Positions 13,096 to 27,049 of a DNA stretch of 64,000 nt are shown one piece after another. The DNA lies in assembly GCA_017499595.2 (NCBI GenBank), contig CM038999.1, forward strand, positions 1,426,001-1,490,000, read 5' to 3'. Every line of letters begins with the position of its first letter. Position 1 is the first letter of the stretch. The notes beneath the pieces were generated by a model. It had not been told where the DNA came from. It was given only the letters and a program-made list of their open reading frames with translations, and did no database searches. The position numbers and the translations under genes are program-made. The DNA comes from Psilocybe cubensis. Taxonomy: Eukaryota.

Positions 13096-14331
13096 ATGGC
13101 AGACGCTGAGCCGCCCTCCTTCTCCTATCTCCCAAACCAACTCCATCTCTTCCCCCAGAATCCTTACCCGCCCTACACCGTCCCCGCCCCCATCGCCCAC
13201 AAGGTATGGATTCTCGACTGCAAGTCCTGCAGTTCCTTCCTCACAAACCGCGGAATGAAGGCAAGTTTTCTCTTTCTGTCTAATACTTTTCTCATCCGAC
13301 TCCAGGCCGTTCTTCTCCTTCGTCCAAACGTGTCTCTTTTTTCTTCCGACGCCCAGCCAACAGGGTGCTCGCCGTATAGCTCCAGCACAGAGGCCCTTCG
13401 CCCCCTCGCTGCTCACAAGCCTTCCGCGTCCCCCTCGCGCACATGTGAATGTCTCACACAGAGTCTTTGTTGCCATACCTGCGGATCGACCGTCGGCTAC
13501 ATGATCGTCGTCCCTGTATGCGTTTTTCTCTGTCCTGTTTCTTCTCCTAATCCGTCTGTTTCTCCTCAGTGTACTCGTTGTACTTACTCCATTGGCGCGA
13601 CTAACCGTGCAACCAATGGCCATCGTTTTGTCTTTCACTCAAACGAGGTCGTAGGCACGGAGCGCCACTATGTTCAGGGCGAGCCAGGCGTCGTCCCGTT
13701 TGACCCTCCAATGTTCATACCGCCCCCTCCTCCAGCAATGCCAACCCCTCATCACGCTTCTTATCCCTCTCCTCCATTTAGTCCCAGTCCATATTACGGC
13801 CATTCGTCTTCTCACCCGCGCGCCGTCTCTCCGCCGGTTTTCCGTTCCGACTATCTCCCAACCCCTCCTTTGGAGTTTGCAACCCCTGCTTACGCGCATT
13901 CAGATTCAAGGCACCAATCTCCAGACCTCGACGCGACTCCTGTACGTCTCTGTCCGTTGTCTTACTGTACCAATGTTTATTTTATTTTCCCCAAGGATTA
14001 TTCACGTTTTTATCTACCGCCGGCCAGCTTACGTTCCCCACCTCCTATCATCCCTGTGACAACCCATTATTACCCATTGTCCCCTCGATCTCCCTCGGAC
14101 GACTTTGACTCTTTTTCGTCCGCCAGCCCGCCCCCGCTTGCCAGTCCTACCTTTTTTCCCGCGGATCACAAGGAGGTCCCCAGCCAACCACCCCCATCCT
14201 TGAAGCCAGGTGACGTGATATTTTGGCATCACCTTTCCAGGAGCGGCGAAATACCTGGGGTTCACAACGACGAGAGAGCCCGCCATCCCATTGCCGCCAA
14301 AGCTTCTAGGGAAATATTTTTCAATCGATAG
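13096..14331 (+). CDS. FAM72-domain zinc-binding protein with Pro/Ser-rich C-terminal region
   Basis: After splicing: LDCKSCSSFLTNRGMK/AVLLLRPNVSLFSSD...CECLTQSLCCHTCGSTVGYMIVVP/CTRC...TNGHRFVFHS, matching the FAM72 pattern (CxxC..RGMKAVLL..LFSTD..CxxCG..VGY.V.VPC..C..NGH..FHS). Strong Kozak context GCCGCCATGG; TATAAA at about 13054. Confidence 0.87.
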   Translation: MADAEPPSFSYLPNQLHLFPQNPYPPYTVPAPIAHKVWILDCKSCSSFLTNRGMKASFLFLSNTFLIRLQAVLLLRPNVSLFSSDAQPTGCSPYSSSTEALRPLAAHKPSASPSRTCECLTQSLCCHTCGSTVGYMIVVPVCVFLCPVSSPNPSVSPQCTRCTYSIGATNRATNGHRFVFHSNEVVGTERHYVQGEPGVVPFDPPMFIPPPPPAMPTPHHASYPSPPFSPSPYYGHSSSHPRAVSPPVFRSDYLPTPPLEFATPAYAHSDSRHQSPDLDATPVRLCPLSYCTNVYFIFPKDYSRFYLPPASLRSPPPIIPVTTHYYPLSPRSPSDDFDSFSSASPPPLASPTFFPADHKEVPSQPPPSLKPGDVIFWHHLSRSGEIPGVHNDERARHPIAAKASREIFFNR

Positions 14332-15842
14332 CTTCAGTGGCAGGGTCCACCGTCTTTGTTTAACTCGTTTTCCGTTCCGCATCTTACTGGCTTCCATTCA
14401 CGACCTTGTCACGAATTGTTTATCCAGACGCCAACGCCAAGGCTTATCTTTTCGTTCTTCCTGTCCATCCGTCTTTTTTTTTGTCAGCCTGTTGGGAACT
14501 TTGAAAATCAAACTTTTGTAACATCATTTTATGACCCTACAAAACATCATACCCTCTTCCGAGTACATACCTCTTTTTTATGCTTATGTATGCCACCATC
14601 GCCGTCTGTTTCCTCATCTTCATATCAATACATGTCAGCCCTCTGGATTTGTTCCACCATCATGTTCTTCTCTTAGCACCGGTTCCCATATATGTCACAT
14701 TGCCACAGCAAGGAACAGAAATCGAAGTCGAAGTCCCACCAATACGTGATAGGAATTCTAGGCGGGTTGGAAGCCTGACGAATGCGTTCATCTCCCCTAC
14801 CCACCGCACCGTCGACGTCCGGGGGATTTATGCGGGGGAAAAACAAACGTACTGGGCACGCATGCTACTGAATTACCTTCTTAGTAACGCTGCCTGTAGA
14901 TTGACCTATATTCTGCGGTGGCGCACAAGAAGCCCATAAAGCAAAATCTGTAATCCGCAATCGCGTGTGCATATGTGCGAGCCCCTTCGAATTCTAATTC
15001 TAATCTGCTGTGGGACCGAACCTTTGCCCATCCCCATCCATCCATCCACCCCTTTTTATCTGTGCACGGGTTCGTGCACTTGTACACTGGTTTGTCTGGC
15101 TGACTGGCTAGAGGTTATTTTTTTACGGTTACGTACGGCATGGGAGCATGGGAAAAAGCTCCCACAGGCTGAGGACAACGAACGGCTTCCCTTTCGAAAT
15201 GTGGGGAAATAGCACCGAGACAGCCCAGCCTAAGCCAAAAATACGCGTCAAGTGAAGCTTGTTAAAAGGATCCGGGGCATGACTGTCTCTACAAGAAAGA
15301 AGAGGGGATGTACTTAGAGTCGTTAACCTGCAGTGGCTTCGATGTTTTTGAGACAGAGAATGCATAGACTAGTCCGTGATACCAGGGACCATCAAACGGT
15401 TCTGACTTTAAGAGAACCGACAAACAAAAAAAGGACAGGACGTGCACATGCACACATGAATTGTGCGATTAACCTTTGAAAGAATCCACAAGATAACCGG
15501 GCAGCAATTCACACGAAGGGGGTGTTCTTTTAATTTTATAAAGCACCAAGTTCAAAGTCGAATTGCCGTGTACGCAGATGCCTCGACAACGGTGATATTT
15601 GGTTTAATAGAACCGGACCGCTGTGCAGGAGATTCTGGAAAGAATCGACCTCCTGAGTCATCACAGTGAGATCATGAGACGTCCGTAGACTAGAATTCAG
15701 AGTAGGCTAATTAACCGCCATTTATCCAGCTCCCAAAAACCCCTATAGCGCGCGAACGAATTGAAAGATAGAGTCGAATGCGGGGTGGAGGCAGGAAATT
15801 TGTCACCGTTAAACACAGGTGGCAACAAAAATTAGTTTGGAG

Positions 15843-15971
15843 ACGCGTCAAATAATATCGAAGTGTCTTTGTCCTTCGAATCATGTGCATCTGTGATTTT
15901 ATGCACCCTGATACGAGCAACGCGTCCCAGGCGCGTCGAGTCGCGGTCATAAACTGGCGCGTCGCACGCGT
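15843..15971. promoter_or_regulatory. Cluster of CGCG/ACGCGT motifs (putative promoter) with no assigned gene
   Basis: ACGCGT at 15843, 15920 and 15966; further CGCG sites at about 15931, 15941 and 15957. The same motif lies just upstream of many genes in this window. Confidence 0.4.
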
Positions 15972-18799
15972 TTGATGTGTCTGTATTAGACGCCGAAACC
16001 AAACAACGTTTAGGTTCCGCTACCTTTGCCGCGGCTTCTGACGGTTGTGACGATCAGAAGTGCCTTGTATGATCTCTTAAACTGCGATCACTTTGAAATC
16101 GCCTCACTGGGATTTTGCTACTATCTCACTGGAGGTCCAAACTCAATCAGCTATCTGGAAATGCGCAGCTCTGCGGAGATACGGCTGCGTACTGAACTTT
16201 GGCCTTGATTTCAACTATTTTGCACTGCGCCATGTATGGTTCTTCTTCGGTGGGAGCATGATGGAGTGTATGACGGCTTTGATTCGATCTGTGTGCTTGC
16301 TAACGCTCCTACAGGATACATGATCCATGGAACAAACCGCCTGTCGAATGCAAACTTGTCGTCAACATTGATTGGGTCGCAAAGATATAGGGGGGCCTGT
16401 TTTATTTATCCCAAAAGTTCGCATGCGCGTCGTCCTAGTGTGGGTCACGGTTCGGTGCGTTTTCTCACTTTTCCTTTCAGTCCGCCTGGCTTGTTGGCAT
16501 CTGATTCGTCACTTGTGGGTATCTTAAAGTCTGACAGAGAACGCGCAACATCCTTGCCCCGAAGAAAAGCACGCCGCAATCGGTGGTCTCTGGTTACAAG
16601 TCAATGACAAGTGGCTTATTATAAGGACAGCTGAAAGGACAGCTGAAATCACTTGAATTCGGGCAGGTTCTAGGCTGACGGACATGCCATGACCATTCTT
16701 CGAAGTTCGACATCCTTTGGAGGACCCGAGAATTCGACTGGAGTAGGGGCCAGTCCTTGCCCCCGGAACAGAGAGACAATTATGCGAGCCTCATTCCACG
16801 TCCGTCGACGTTCACACCTGGTGTAGTGCTTTCGGTGACAGGATCGTATGGAATTCGGTTAGAAGAGACGCCAGAAGCATTCTTACTTCTCCAGCATCGC
16901 GGCGGCTGGCAGCACACACGCACGGCACCGAGAGGGTCATATCCCGCGTCCGGCAAAATCGAGTGAAATACAAAACGGGCGTATCCGACGCTATCTCGAA
17001 CAAGCCATTGCGATTCTGCAAGCGATAGGCATAGCGTGCGTGCTATATTGTACATTTGTACGACATTTTGCTCATGCTGAATCCAGCCGGACACTGGGCA
17101 CATGGATCCCGTTCATCTGTATCGGATTAACCTCCGTATGGTGTATTTCCCTTCTTCTGGAAAACATGATAACTCTCAGAGAATTTAAACTCCTTATGGG
17201 GATTTCGGCAACCTGCGGGCTTTACACCTCCTTTATGGGATTTTGAGCACTGCAAAATGCACCTGTAAAAGTCACAGTACAGCGGGGGTTATTTTAGGTT
17301 GGTAGACGTGAACCAGTGTTGTGTGCAACAGTTCTTCAATTATTCTGTTTATACATCTTGGACAGCACCTTGTACTGCTCAATGAGCGCTGTACTTTAGG
17401 TGGGAACTCGTCAAGGCCAATATATCGGGGTAGATATAGTTAAAACCGAGAGCGTGAAGGCGAATCCTGAGAAGTAAAAATAAAGCCGTGGTGACGATGC
17501 TAGCAAATGGAATTGGTGACCTGCTATCCATGGATGCATGGATGCGCATGCCAATGGGGTAACGAAAACTTGCGAGCCTGGTGGAACGACGAGCACCGGG
17601 TCCAGTTGGTATCGACACTTTGCTCAGAGACCACGAGCGGTTCCTTCTTCCGCCGAGTGTAGTAGATGAATTTAGTGTCCATTGGTGTGGTTGGTGTGTT
17701 TATCTCATTTACTTAGAGCTATTTTGAACCGTGAGGTATTGAAAGGCTGTATGGACAGGACTTGACTCGGAAAGTTTAGAATCCTGTAAGACAGCGGCGT
17801 AGGAGGAGATACGCTAGACTAGACATATGTGCCAATCCTTGGGGTAAGCTATATTTTGGCAGTGTCGATTATGCAGGTGGCACTTGAAGACGTCGATCCC
17901 GACCATCATCGCTGATGATCGCATTCGACTACAACAACCACGACACCTGGATATGTATGTTCTGGATGTCCATGAGATTCTTTGGAGCAGACATCGATAC
18001 CATGTGATTCGAGAGAACAGATAGATGATAGGACATGCAGCAAGAAAGATAAAGGCTTTCGCTGCATTTCCGAAGTAAAATTGTTCCGATTCGATTCCTG
18101 GATAAAATGTCGTGACATGGCATCGCTGTTCAAAAGGTCAAAAAAAAAGGGAAAAAAAACGCCATGAATGACATGATATCCAGTGCTAGAGCGATAGCAC
18201 AGCCAATACGTAGCAGCGCCAGCCATGGAGTCATTATTGTCGACATCATGATGCAAATAAGGTGGATCATCGCTCGACGACATGGCTGGATTGCATATGA
18301 ATCATGAGAGATGTTTGAAATCGGCCTTGAATCGTGTACCCGAGTCATAGCCATTTTTGTTGTAGTTCTTGGAAAAGGCTTGATGAGGGTGTTTTGCAAT
18401 GTTTTGCAAGCCAACTTCAATGCACAAATTGCAAGAAATTGAAGGGTCAATATATAAGAAATATACTGGACTGAAGAGATGTATGCAGGACATTTCCAAA
18501 GAAAGTAAACCCAGACTGAACCAAAGAAGAAGAAAGACAGTGGACACAAAGCAATACTGAACAGGATGAAAGCGGGCCCGAAGTGATGTGGACGGTGTCC
18601 GATCACAGTGGTTCGCTGATGTAAGCCGCTCCATAAATGTGGGGTTGGCACAAACAACTGCCTCTCATTCTCTTTCTTACCAACCACTACCACCACAGCG
18701 TCTTTAACCGTATACACTCTCCAGTTCGTACCATTCCGCCTTTGTAGCCTGTTATTCGCGCATACTGACGACTTTATAACATTTCTCTAGGCCAAGTGA

Positions 18800-20339
<1,540 letters not shown>

Positions 20340-20644
20340 TTTTTGCTGGCTGGATTGATATTTTGACCGTGACCCGCTGTAATCGCTGTACTGGATGTGG
20401 ATTGATTGTATTACATAGCTGTGTATGTGAAAAATAGGATTTGATTACTGTGATGAATGATGTGTGTGAAAGGGGCTGCATAGCTTGTGTAGTTACGCCA
20501 TGCTTACCTAAGTCCGACTGGCCTTTTCCCGACGAGAAAGGTGCCAGGGCCAGCGCGAAAACAGGGCCACCAGTCAACGCCTTCTCTTTCTCCCCACCAC
20601 ATCAACACCTTCCATCCGACCCTCCCTCCCAGGCATTGCCCCCC

Positions 20645-23600
20645 ATGCCACCCATCTCCTCCTCGTCGCGCCTCTCTGCCTCTTCCAATGGCTCCCTGAC
20701 ATGGCGTCCCACAAAGATCATGAACATGCGAGACCTATCCAAAGACGACGATTTTCTCAGCCACCTTCTCGTCGAAAAACTAGGCACTGGAACAGTTCCT
20801 CTTTTGGTTCACAAGATGGACTCGTCCAGGCGACTTCCGAAGACAGATACTCAGGATCTCATGAAAATTGTCCGACGCGTGAGTCTCATTAGACCGTGTG
20901 CTGCGTGTAATCATTTTGTTCTGACGCGACGCGCTTATCTTGCGTTTCTCTCTCCGCTAGCTTGTAACCAGCAAACTTCCTCTGCAGCAAAGTGTTCGCC
21001 AAGCAGTTGACGAATTACTCATGTATGTCTCCGCCCTTTTTCCCGCCATTCCCAGACCAACGCGTTGCCCGTACCATCTATGCATGCTTTCTAACCGTTT
21101 GCTTTCTCTTCCAGGTTGCCTCCTATACGCTACTACCTCAAGTCATATACCCAAAAGCAGATCAATGCCTTTGCCACGTGAGTGCGCCCTCCTTCTGTGT
21201 ACCTGCGACTCTCACACACATCATCTTTCGTAGGCACGCCTCGCGGTATTTCGAGCTATATAACCCTGCGGGCTCGATAGAAATTGCACACACATCACGG
21301 TACTCTCACCGAACAGGGAAATCTGAACTATGTATTTTGGCGACACGTAACCTCTCTCCTGGAACTGTCGTCACCGAACTCAAGGGCTCTATGGCTAACT
21401 TGACCGACGAGGAAGATAAGGAACTCAAGCGCACGGATCTCAGAAACTCTGACATTCGCCGCGACTTCAGCGTCATTCATTCGAAATCCATGAAGAAAAA
21501 CCACCTGTTCTTGGGACCGGCCCGATTTGTAAACGTGAGCGCATTTACGCCTTCTCATGACGCTCTTCCTTCTGATATGGAACGCCGTTTTAGCACGATT
21601 GCGATCACAACTGTGAATTGTTCCGTGAGGGCAGATATATCACATTTAGGGTTCTCAGACCTATTGCCATAGGCGAAGAGATTACCGCACATTACGGTGA
21701 CGGGTATTGTAAGTGCCTTTAAATTTGTTGTCACATCGGCAATGTCACTAACCTGTCCGAATATTAGTCGGCAAGAAGAACAGACATTGTCTGTGTGAGA
21801 CTTGCGAGAAGAACGGTAGAGGGGGCTACTCGCCTGATCACCAAGAAGAGCAAGCCGAGTCGAGTTCGAGTTCGAGTTCTGGCTCGGATTCGGATTCGGA
21901 TTCTGACTCTAGTACATCATCAAGCGATTCGGAGACCGAGGCACCGAAACCTATACTCAATATGAACGAACGTCGAACGCGACGCGGAGTTTACGCTATC
22001 ACCAAACCCGACAGCGATAGCAGTGACGATAGCGACAACGAGGAAGATGACGATGATAAAGTACCATTGGCGAATGCCAAAGACATACCCTCTGATGGCG
22101 AAATCGAACTGACGGCGGAAATTGACTCAGGGTCAGATTTGACATCATTGGCTCCATCCAATAGTGCGAGTCCTGGAAAGCGGTCAGCAGCCGGTTCGAT
22201 GACACCTGCTCGAGGCGTAGGATCTCGGTCATCTTCATCCCTCACAGAACTTACTTCGTCGACTGGTAGGTCCATCACGCCGAAGAGCACAGTATCTACG
22301 CCATTTCGTTCTATAATCGCTACCCGCCGACAAAAAGTGACCAATCTCAAATCCACAACGCCCGGCAGTAGCGTTGAACCCTCTCCAAAGAGGATCACAC
22401 GCTCTGTTTCTTCTCAAATGCTGTCTGAGAAAAGGGGCAAGGGTAAGGGTAAAGGCAAGGCCACGCCCACGCCTGTTGCTACGCCGAAGTCCGGCCGGGC
22501 GTCCAAAAGCTCTGGGAAGGATGAAGTGAAGATTAAGAAGGAGGACGTTGAACCTAGGGTCCTGCGCACTCGACAGTCTTTCGTCGTTCCCGACCCCGTC
22601 AAGGAAACGCCACCCGAGCCTGTTGTACCTCGAGGGCCTGATGGCCGACCCCTCCCAACGTGTTCCACCTGCTCTAATGTTCTTCCTTTGATTGCGGTTG
22701 ATTCAAAAGTTGTTTGGGGTCTCGGTATCGAGGCTAGCAGAAAAAAGAAGAACGACAAGCATGACTGCCCACGGTGAGTATCATATTTTTGAATCCCATT
22801 GTTGAAGCATCTGATATTTATCAATTGGAATCCAACTTCAGATGCCTTCGTCATTTTGCTATATACCAGCAAAAGTGGCCTTGCCGTGTGGCTCCTCGTG
22901 GAACTATTTCAGAATCTCCACGAGAAGATTCAGTTCCTCCTGAAACCATTACTAAGAAGGTGACGCCCAAAGGTTTGCAAATTCTTAATCGAAAGCTTGC
23001 GGCCGCCGCCGCCACAGTCTCGAAGGGAAAGGGCAAGAAACGCTCTCGACGTGAAGAGGAGGAGGACGAAGAAGAAGAAGAGGAAGAAGAGCGTCCGATA
23101 AAGCGACGTAAATCCATGCCTGAACCTATTCTGCGAAAAGGCAAAATCGTCAAGACTTACTCCTCAAGCGCTCGGAGAGCCAAACGCGCCGCGTCGCCAG
23201 CCCTTTCGGAAGACTCGTCAAGACGCAGGCGTGGCCGACCGCTTCTACCATCTGGGAGGAAATCTGTCAGGGCAAGAGTCAAGGTAGAGGAACCGCCGCC
23301 GGAAGTCGAAAAATCTTTGTTGAGGCAACCACGGTCCGTCAATGGTCGCTTTGGCAAGAAAGCTGCCAAACGGGGTGCTGAATTCAACACTAAAGGAAAT
23401 CCTTCTGCAGCCGATCGATATCAGAGCAAGCACCAGGACGACTCGGAAGACAGCGACAGTGCCAATGAAGAATCTCTACGCAAAGAAACATTTTCTCCCA
23501 ACAACAAACGTTCCAGGGATATTGTTGACGATGTTGAGGCTGAAGATGTACCCCGCAAAAAGTCCTCCTCTGGCAACGATGCTGATGAAGAGGTAGAAGT

Positions 23601-24264
23601 GCCGCTTGTTGCGCATAAGGTCTTGCCTCGTCCCGCCTCAAAATTCCGAGGGGGGGGACTCTTCTCAAACCCAAACCCTTTGCAATTTGCATTGTATGCT
23701 TGGGCAGGCCCTGTTCTCCTTGACGATTCTTCATCCGATGACGAAAAGCATCCCGAGACTCCGGAGGACGACCATTCCATTACTGCAGGTGTAGCTACTC
23801 CGGAAGAGGACATTCCATCTTTTACAGCTTCCAACATCATTCACAGGCCTGCTTTGAGCCACAAGCCCAGTCCATACCGAATGGGCCCTAAGAATTGGAT
23901 GAACTTCGAACGAAGGTATCAAGACAGGGGTATCAAGACGTTCAAAATACGCACTGATGACGAGGTATGGGCCCAACCTTCGCCACCCTAAACGCCGGTT
24001 AACGTAGTCGCATAGAGCTTAAATGTTTCGCGTGATTCGCTCATTAGTTCAATCCCAGAGACCTATTCCCCGCCTCTCTCACCTGATGACGACGATAAAC
24101 TTCCCCCTCCTAAATTGCGGCATATTTATCCTGTTCTTCCTTCTGCCTCCGCTGCATCCAACGCATTCATTCCCAAGAGCTCTCATTTTCCTTCCAATTC
24201 CGAGACGAAGCCTACCTTCATAAACGCTGGCTGGGACGACGCCTCTGATGCTTCTGAAGCCTGA
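20645..24264 (+). CDS. SET9: Histone H4K20 methyltransferase (Set9/Suv4-20 family) with long low-complexity C-terminus
   Basis: DLSKDDDFLSHLLVE, RRDFSVIHS, LFLGPARFVN/HDC, GEEITAHYGDGY/FG, post-SET CLCETCE; ends DASEA*. Confidence 0.92.
21860..21901 (+). repeat. Coding hexanucleotide repeats (TCGAGT)3 and (TCGGAT)3 encoding Ser and Ser-Asp runs in SET9
   Basis: Read directly from the sequence. Confidence 0.8.
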
Positions 24265-24669
24265 TCCATTGAATTATACAACATATAATTGGGCCTTTTT
24301 TGCATACATATTCACCTTTGTCCAAGTTGCCTTCGGTCTACTTCTACCACTTCATCTTACAGTTTGTAATGTATTATTATTCGGCTCTACATTTATTGTT
24401 ATCGTCCCTCGTTTTCGCTTCCTGTCGTTGTTTTACTTATTATTTACTTACTCAACTTCACCCTTAATTGTACATTTATGTCCATTTTCTGTAGAATCGC
24501 AGTTCACACTCCCGCCATCGATAATAATGATCAGTTTTCAATGTACAATCACGTCTATGTTGTTAGGTTTAAAGCTGTGCTCTCTCATTTTTTGATTATA
24601 CCAAATTTTCTTTCGCTAGGTATTAAACGTTAAACATTCATTGTAACGATATCATTGAGAATCTAAAAT

Positions 24670-26778
24670 CTACTGCGGACCATCAGCCTTCAAAGAGCTG
24701 CGCCCTGCTCTCAATATCTCATCTGTCGACAATAAATTGACAGCAATGACAGAGCTAAATTGAAGGTGCTAGTTAAAACAAGCAAATAAGAAAGCATGCC
24801 TCAATGTGAACTCACCAGGAGTGCAACATCTGTCGTTTTACTCTGTAGTTATCCCAAATCCCTTCCACTGTTGGGTCGAAAGGCTCCCCAGATTGCAGAT
24901 CGATGCCAACGATGTTGCCTTCAGCTTGTTCATCCTGGCGATGAAATAATCAGTACTGGCCCTCACATCTAAGAAAGAGGAAGAGACTCGCCTGCAGTGC
25001 AACCACAACATCTTGCACATCGAAACCTCCGTTTTGGGCAAGTGTTTTAGGAATTACCAAAAGAGCGTCGGCAAATGCCTGTACTCCCATCTTGACACGG
25101 CCCTTTGCATTTTTCTTGACTTCGCCGCTCAGATGAGCCGAGCATGCAACCTCGAAAGCTCCGGCACCAGGAATCAGGCATTCGTCTTCAAGGGCATTCT
25201 TCACCGCACGAAGCCCGTCACGTAGGGCATCTTGGATTTGTTGTATTGTGTAAGGGTTAGGTCCTTTGATAAGGAGTGTGACAGATTTGGGGTCTTTTAC
25301 TTCTTCCAGGAAAGTGTATTTTTCTTCTCCCAGTGTGTGCTCATACACAAGGCCGGCCCAACCGAGAACCGATGGATTCAGATCATCCACTGAGTTTTGA
25401 GCGACACCGCCGCAAGTAAGCTGCAGCCTGGATCCAGCCGTAGGGTAAACAAATGGCAGTGAAAATTTCTGCGAAGAACACTTACCTTTCCATGTTGCGA
25501 CGCTTGGCCCGTCGTAGGGCAAGGATACCATTCTTTGCAAGCACGTCCAAACTCATGGGGTCGATACCTTTCTGGTTGATGATCACAAAGTTCTTCCTCT
25601 TTTCTTTGGAATCCACTGCTTGATCACACACAAGATTCTTGAGGTTGACGATCTTTTGAAGTTTTGCGTCCAAGAATTTTCGTTCTGATTCAACAAGCTT
25701 TTCGCGTTGTTCCGCAGAGGAATAGAAGAATCCAGAGTTGACCTCTCTAAAGAACGAAATAACGATTTATTATTTGCCCTCGGCATGATATTTAAACAAA
25801 CGTACGTTTTTTCATATTCCAAACTCACGTTCAAAGTGAGAACGAAGGCATTTTCGACGCGTTTGGGCATGTCAGGATGGCGAGCGCCGTGGTCCATGAC
25901 CAAACCACGGACAAGTTGGGTTTCGGTGGCCGTCCGGTGCTGCATTTTCATAATTTCAATCATGTGGAGATCTATGGGCTCGCGCCATTGTTCTTTGGCG
26001 TCTAAACCATGGTCAGTTGAGTTACTAAGTATCTAGACATGAATAGCCCACCTGGAGGCGGCGCAGGCTGGCGGATAGCCAGAACAGCGTCGACAACGTC
26101 TGCAGCCAGTTGTTTTGCTAGAGCAGTGTTCAGTTTGGTAGCTAATGATGTGTTTGCAATGTTGATAAGTGTAGCACGATCCATCTTCTGTTTAACTTTG
26201 AAGGTATCAAGGAACTAAAGACAAATTTCAGGGAATCATGTAAAAATGTAGCCGCGATGGAACATACCGCTAGCGACTCCTTTTTTGCAAGGTCGAAACC
26301 TTCCGCAATCACAGTTGGATGTACTCCTTCTGAAATGTATCGATCTGCTTGTTTTAACAACTCTCCAACGAGAAGAACCACTGAAGTTGTTCCATCGCCC
26401 ACTTGATCGTCTTGTGCAACAGCTGTACGCGCAATCATGGCAGCAGTAGGATTTTGGATTTGCATCTCAGAGAGTAGGACCTTTCCATCTTTCGTCATTT
26501 TGATCTGGCCAGAGCCATCCACTAGCATTTTCAGCGTTCCACGAGGACCTGAAATGATATTATTGAGAAATCCGTAGAGATTACATGACATTACGCGGAG
26601 CATTCAACGCTAACCAAGATTTCCTTTAACGACTCCTGCAAGACCCATGGCTCCATTAGTATTGACCTAGGATACTGATAAATACAAGTAGTGATAAATA
26701 ATTGATAAAACTCACCTGAAGGGCTGCGGCCCTTCTGACGCTCTCGGCCTTCGGGTTGATGAGCTCGATGTTTGACAT
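24670..26778 (-). CDS. CCT6: T-complex protein 1 subunit zeta (chaperonin CCT)
   Basis: [70 protein letters not shown]. Confidence 0.97.
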
Positions 26779-27049
26779 CTTTAAGATTTGTTGGGCAGAA
26801 AACGCGTCCAAGACTTGTCTCCACCGCGTCTTTCCAATTCAAGCTCCGCTTTAAGTCATATATTATCTTATCACTCCATTTACGCTTGATTGAACAAACA
26901 AGAATTGAATAATGTAGTGAGTAATGTACACATATGTTATCTAGCATTCAAAGTGGAATACAAAAGTCCAGTCGAGAAATCAAAAGAAAAGGCAACTATG
27001 TACAAGAAACAATGACAGTACAGTAAAGAAAGTCACGGTCGGGTGTCGA

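Noticed and set aside
17520-17685. Short minus-strand ORF MDTKFIYY... as a pheromone or RiPP precursor
   Set aside because: No CaaX end, no MSDIN leader, no repeated KR-flanked cores, and no processing enzymes nearby.
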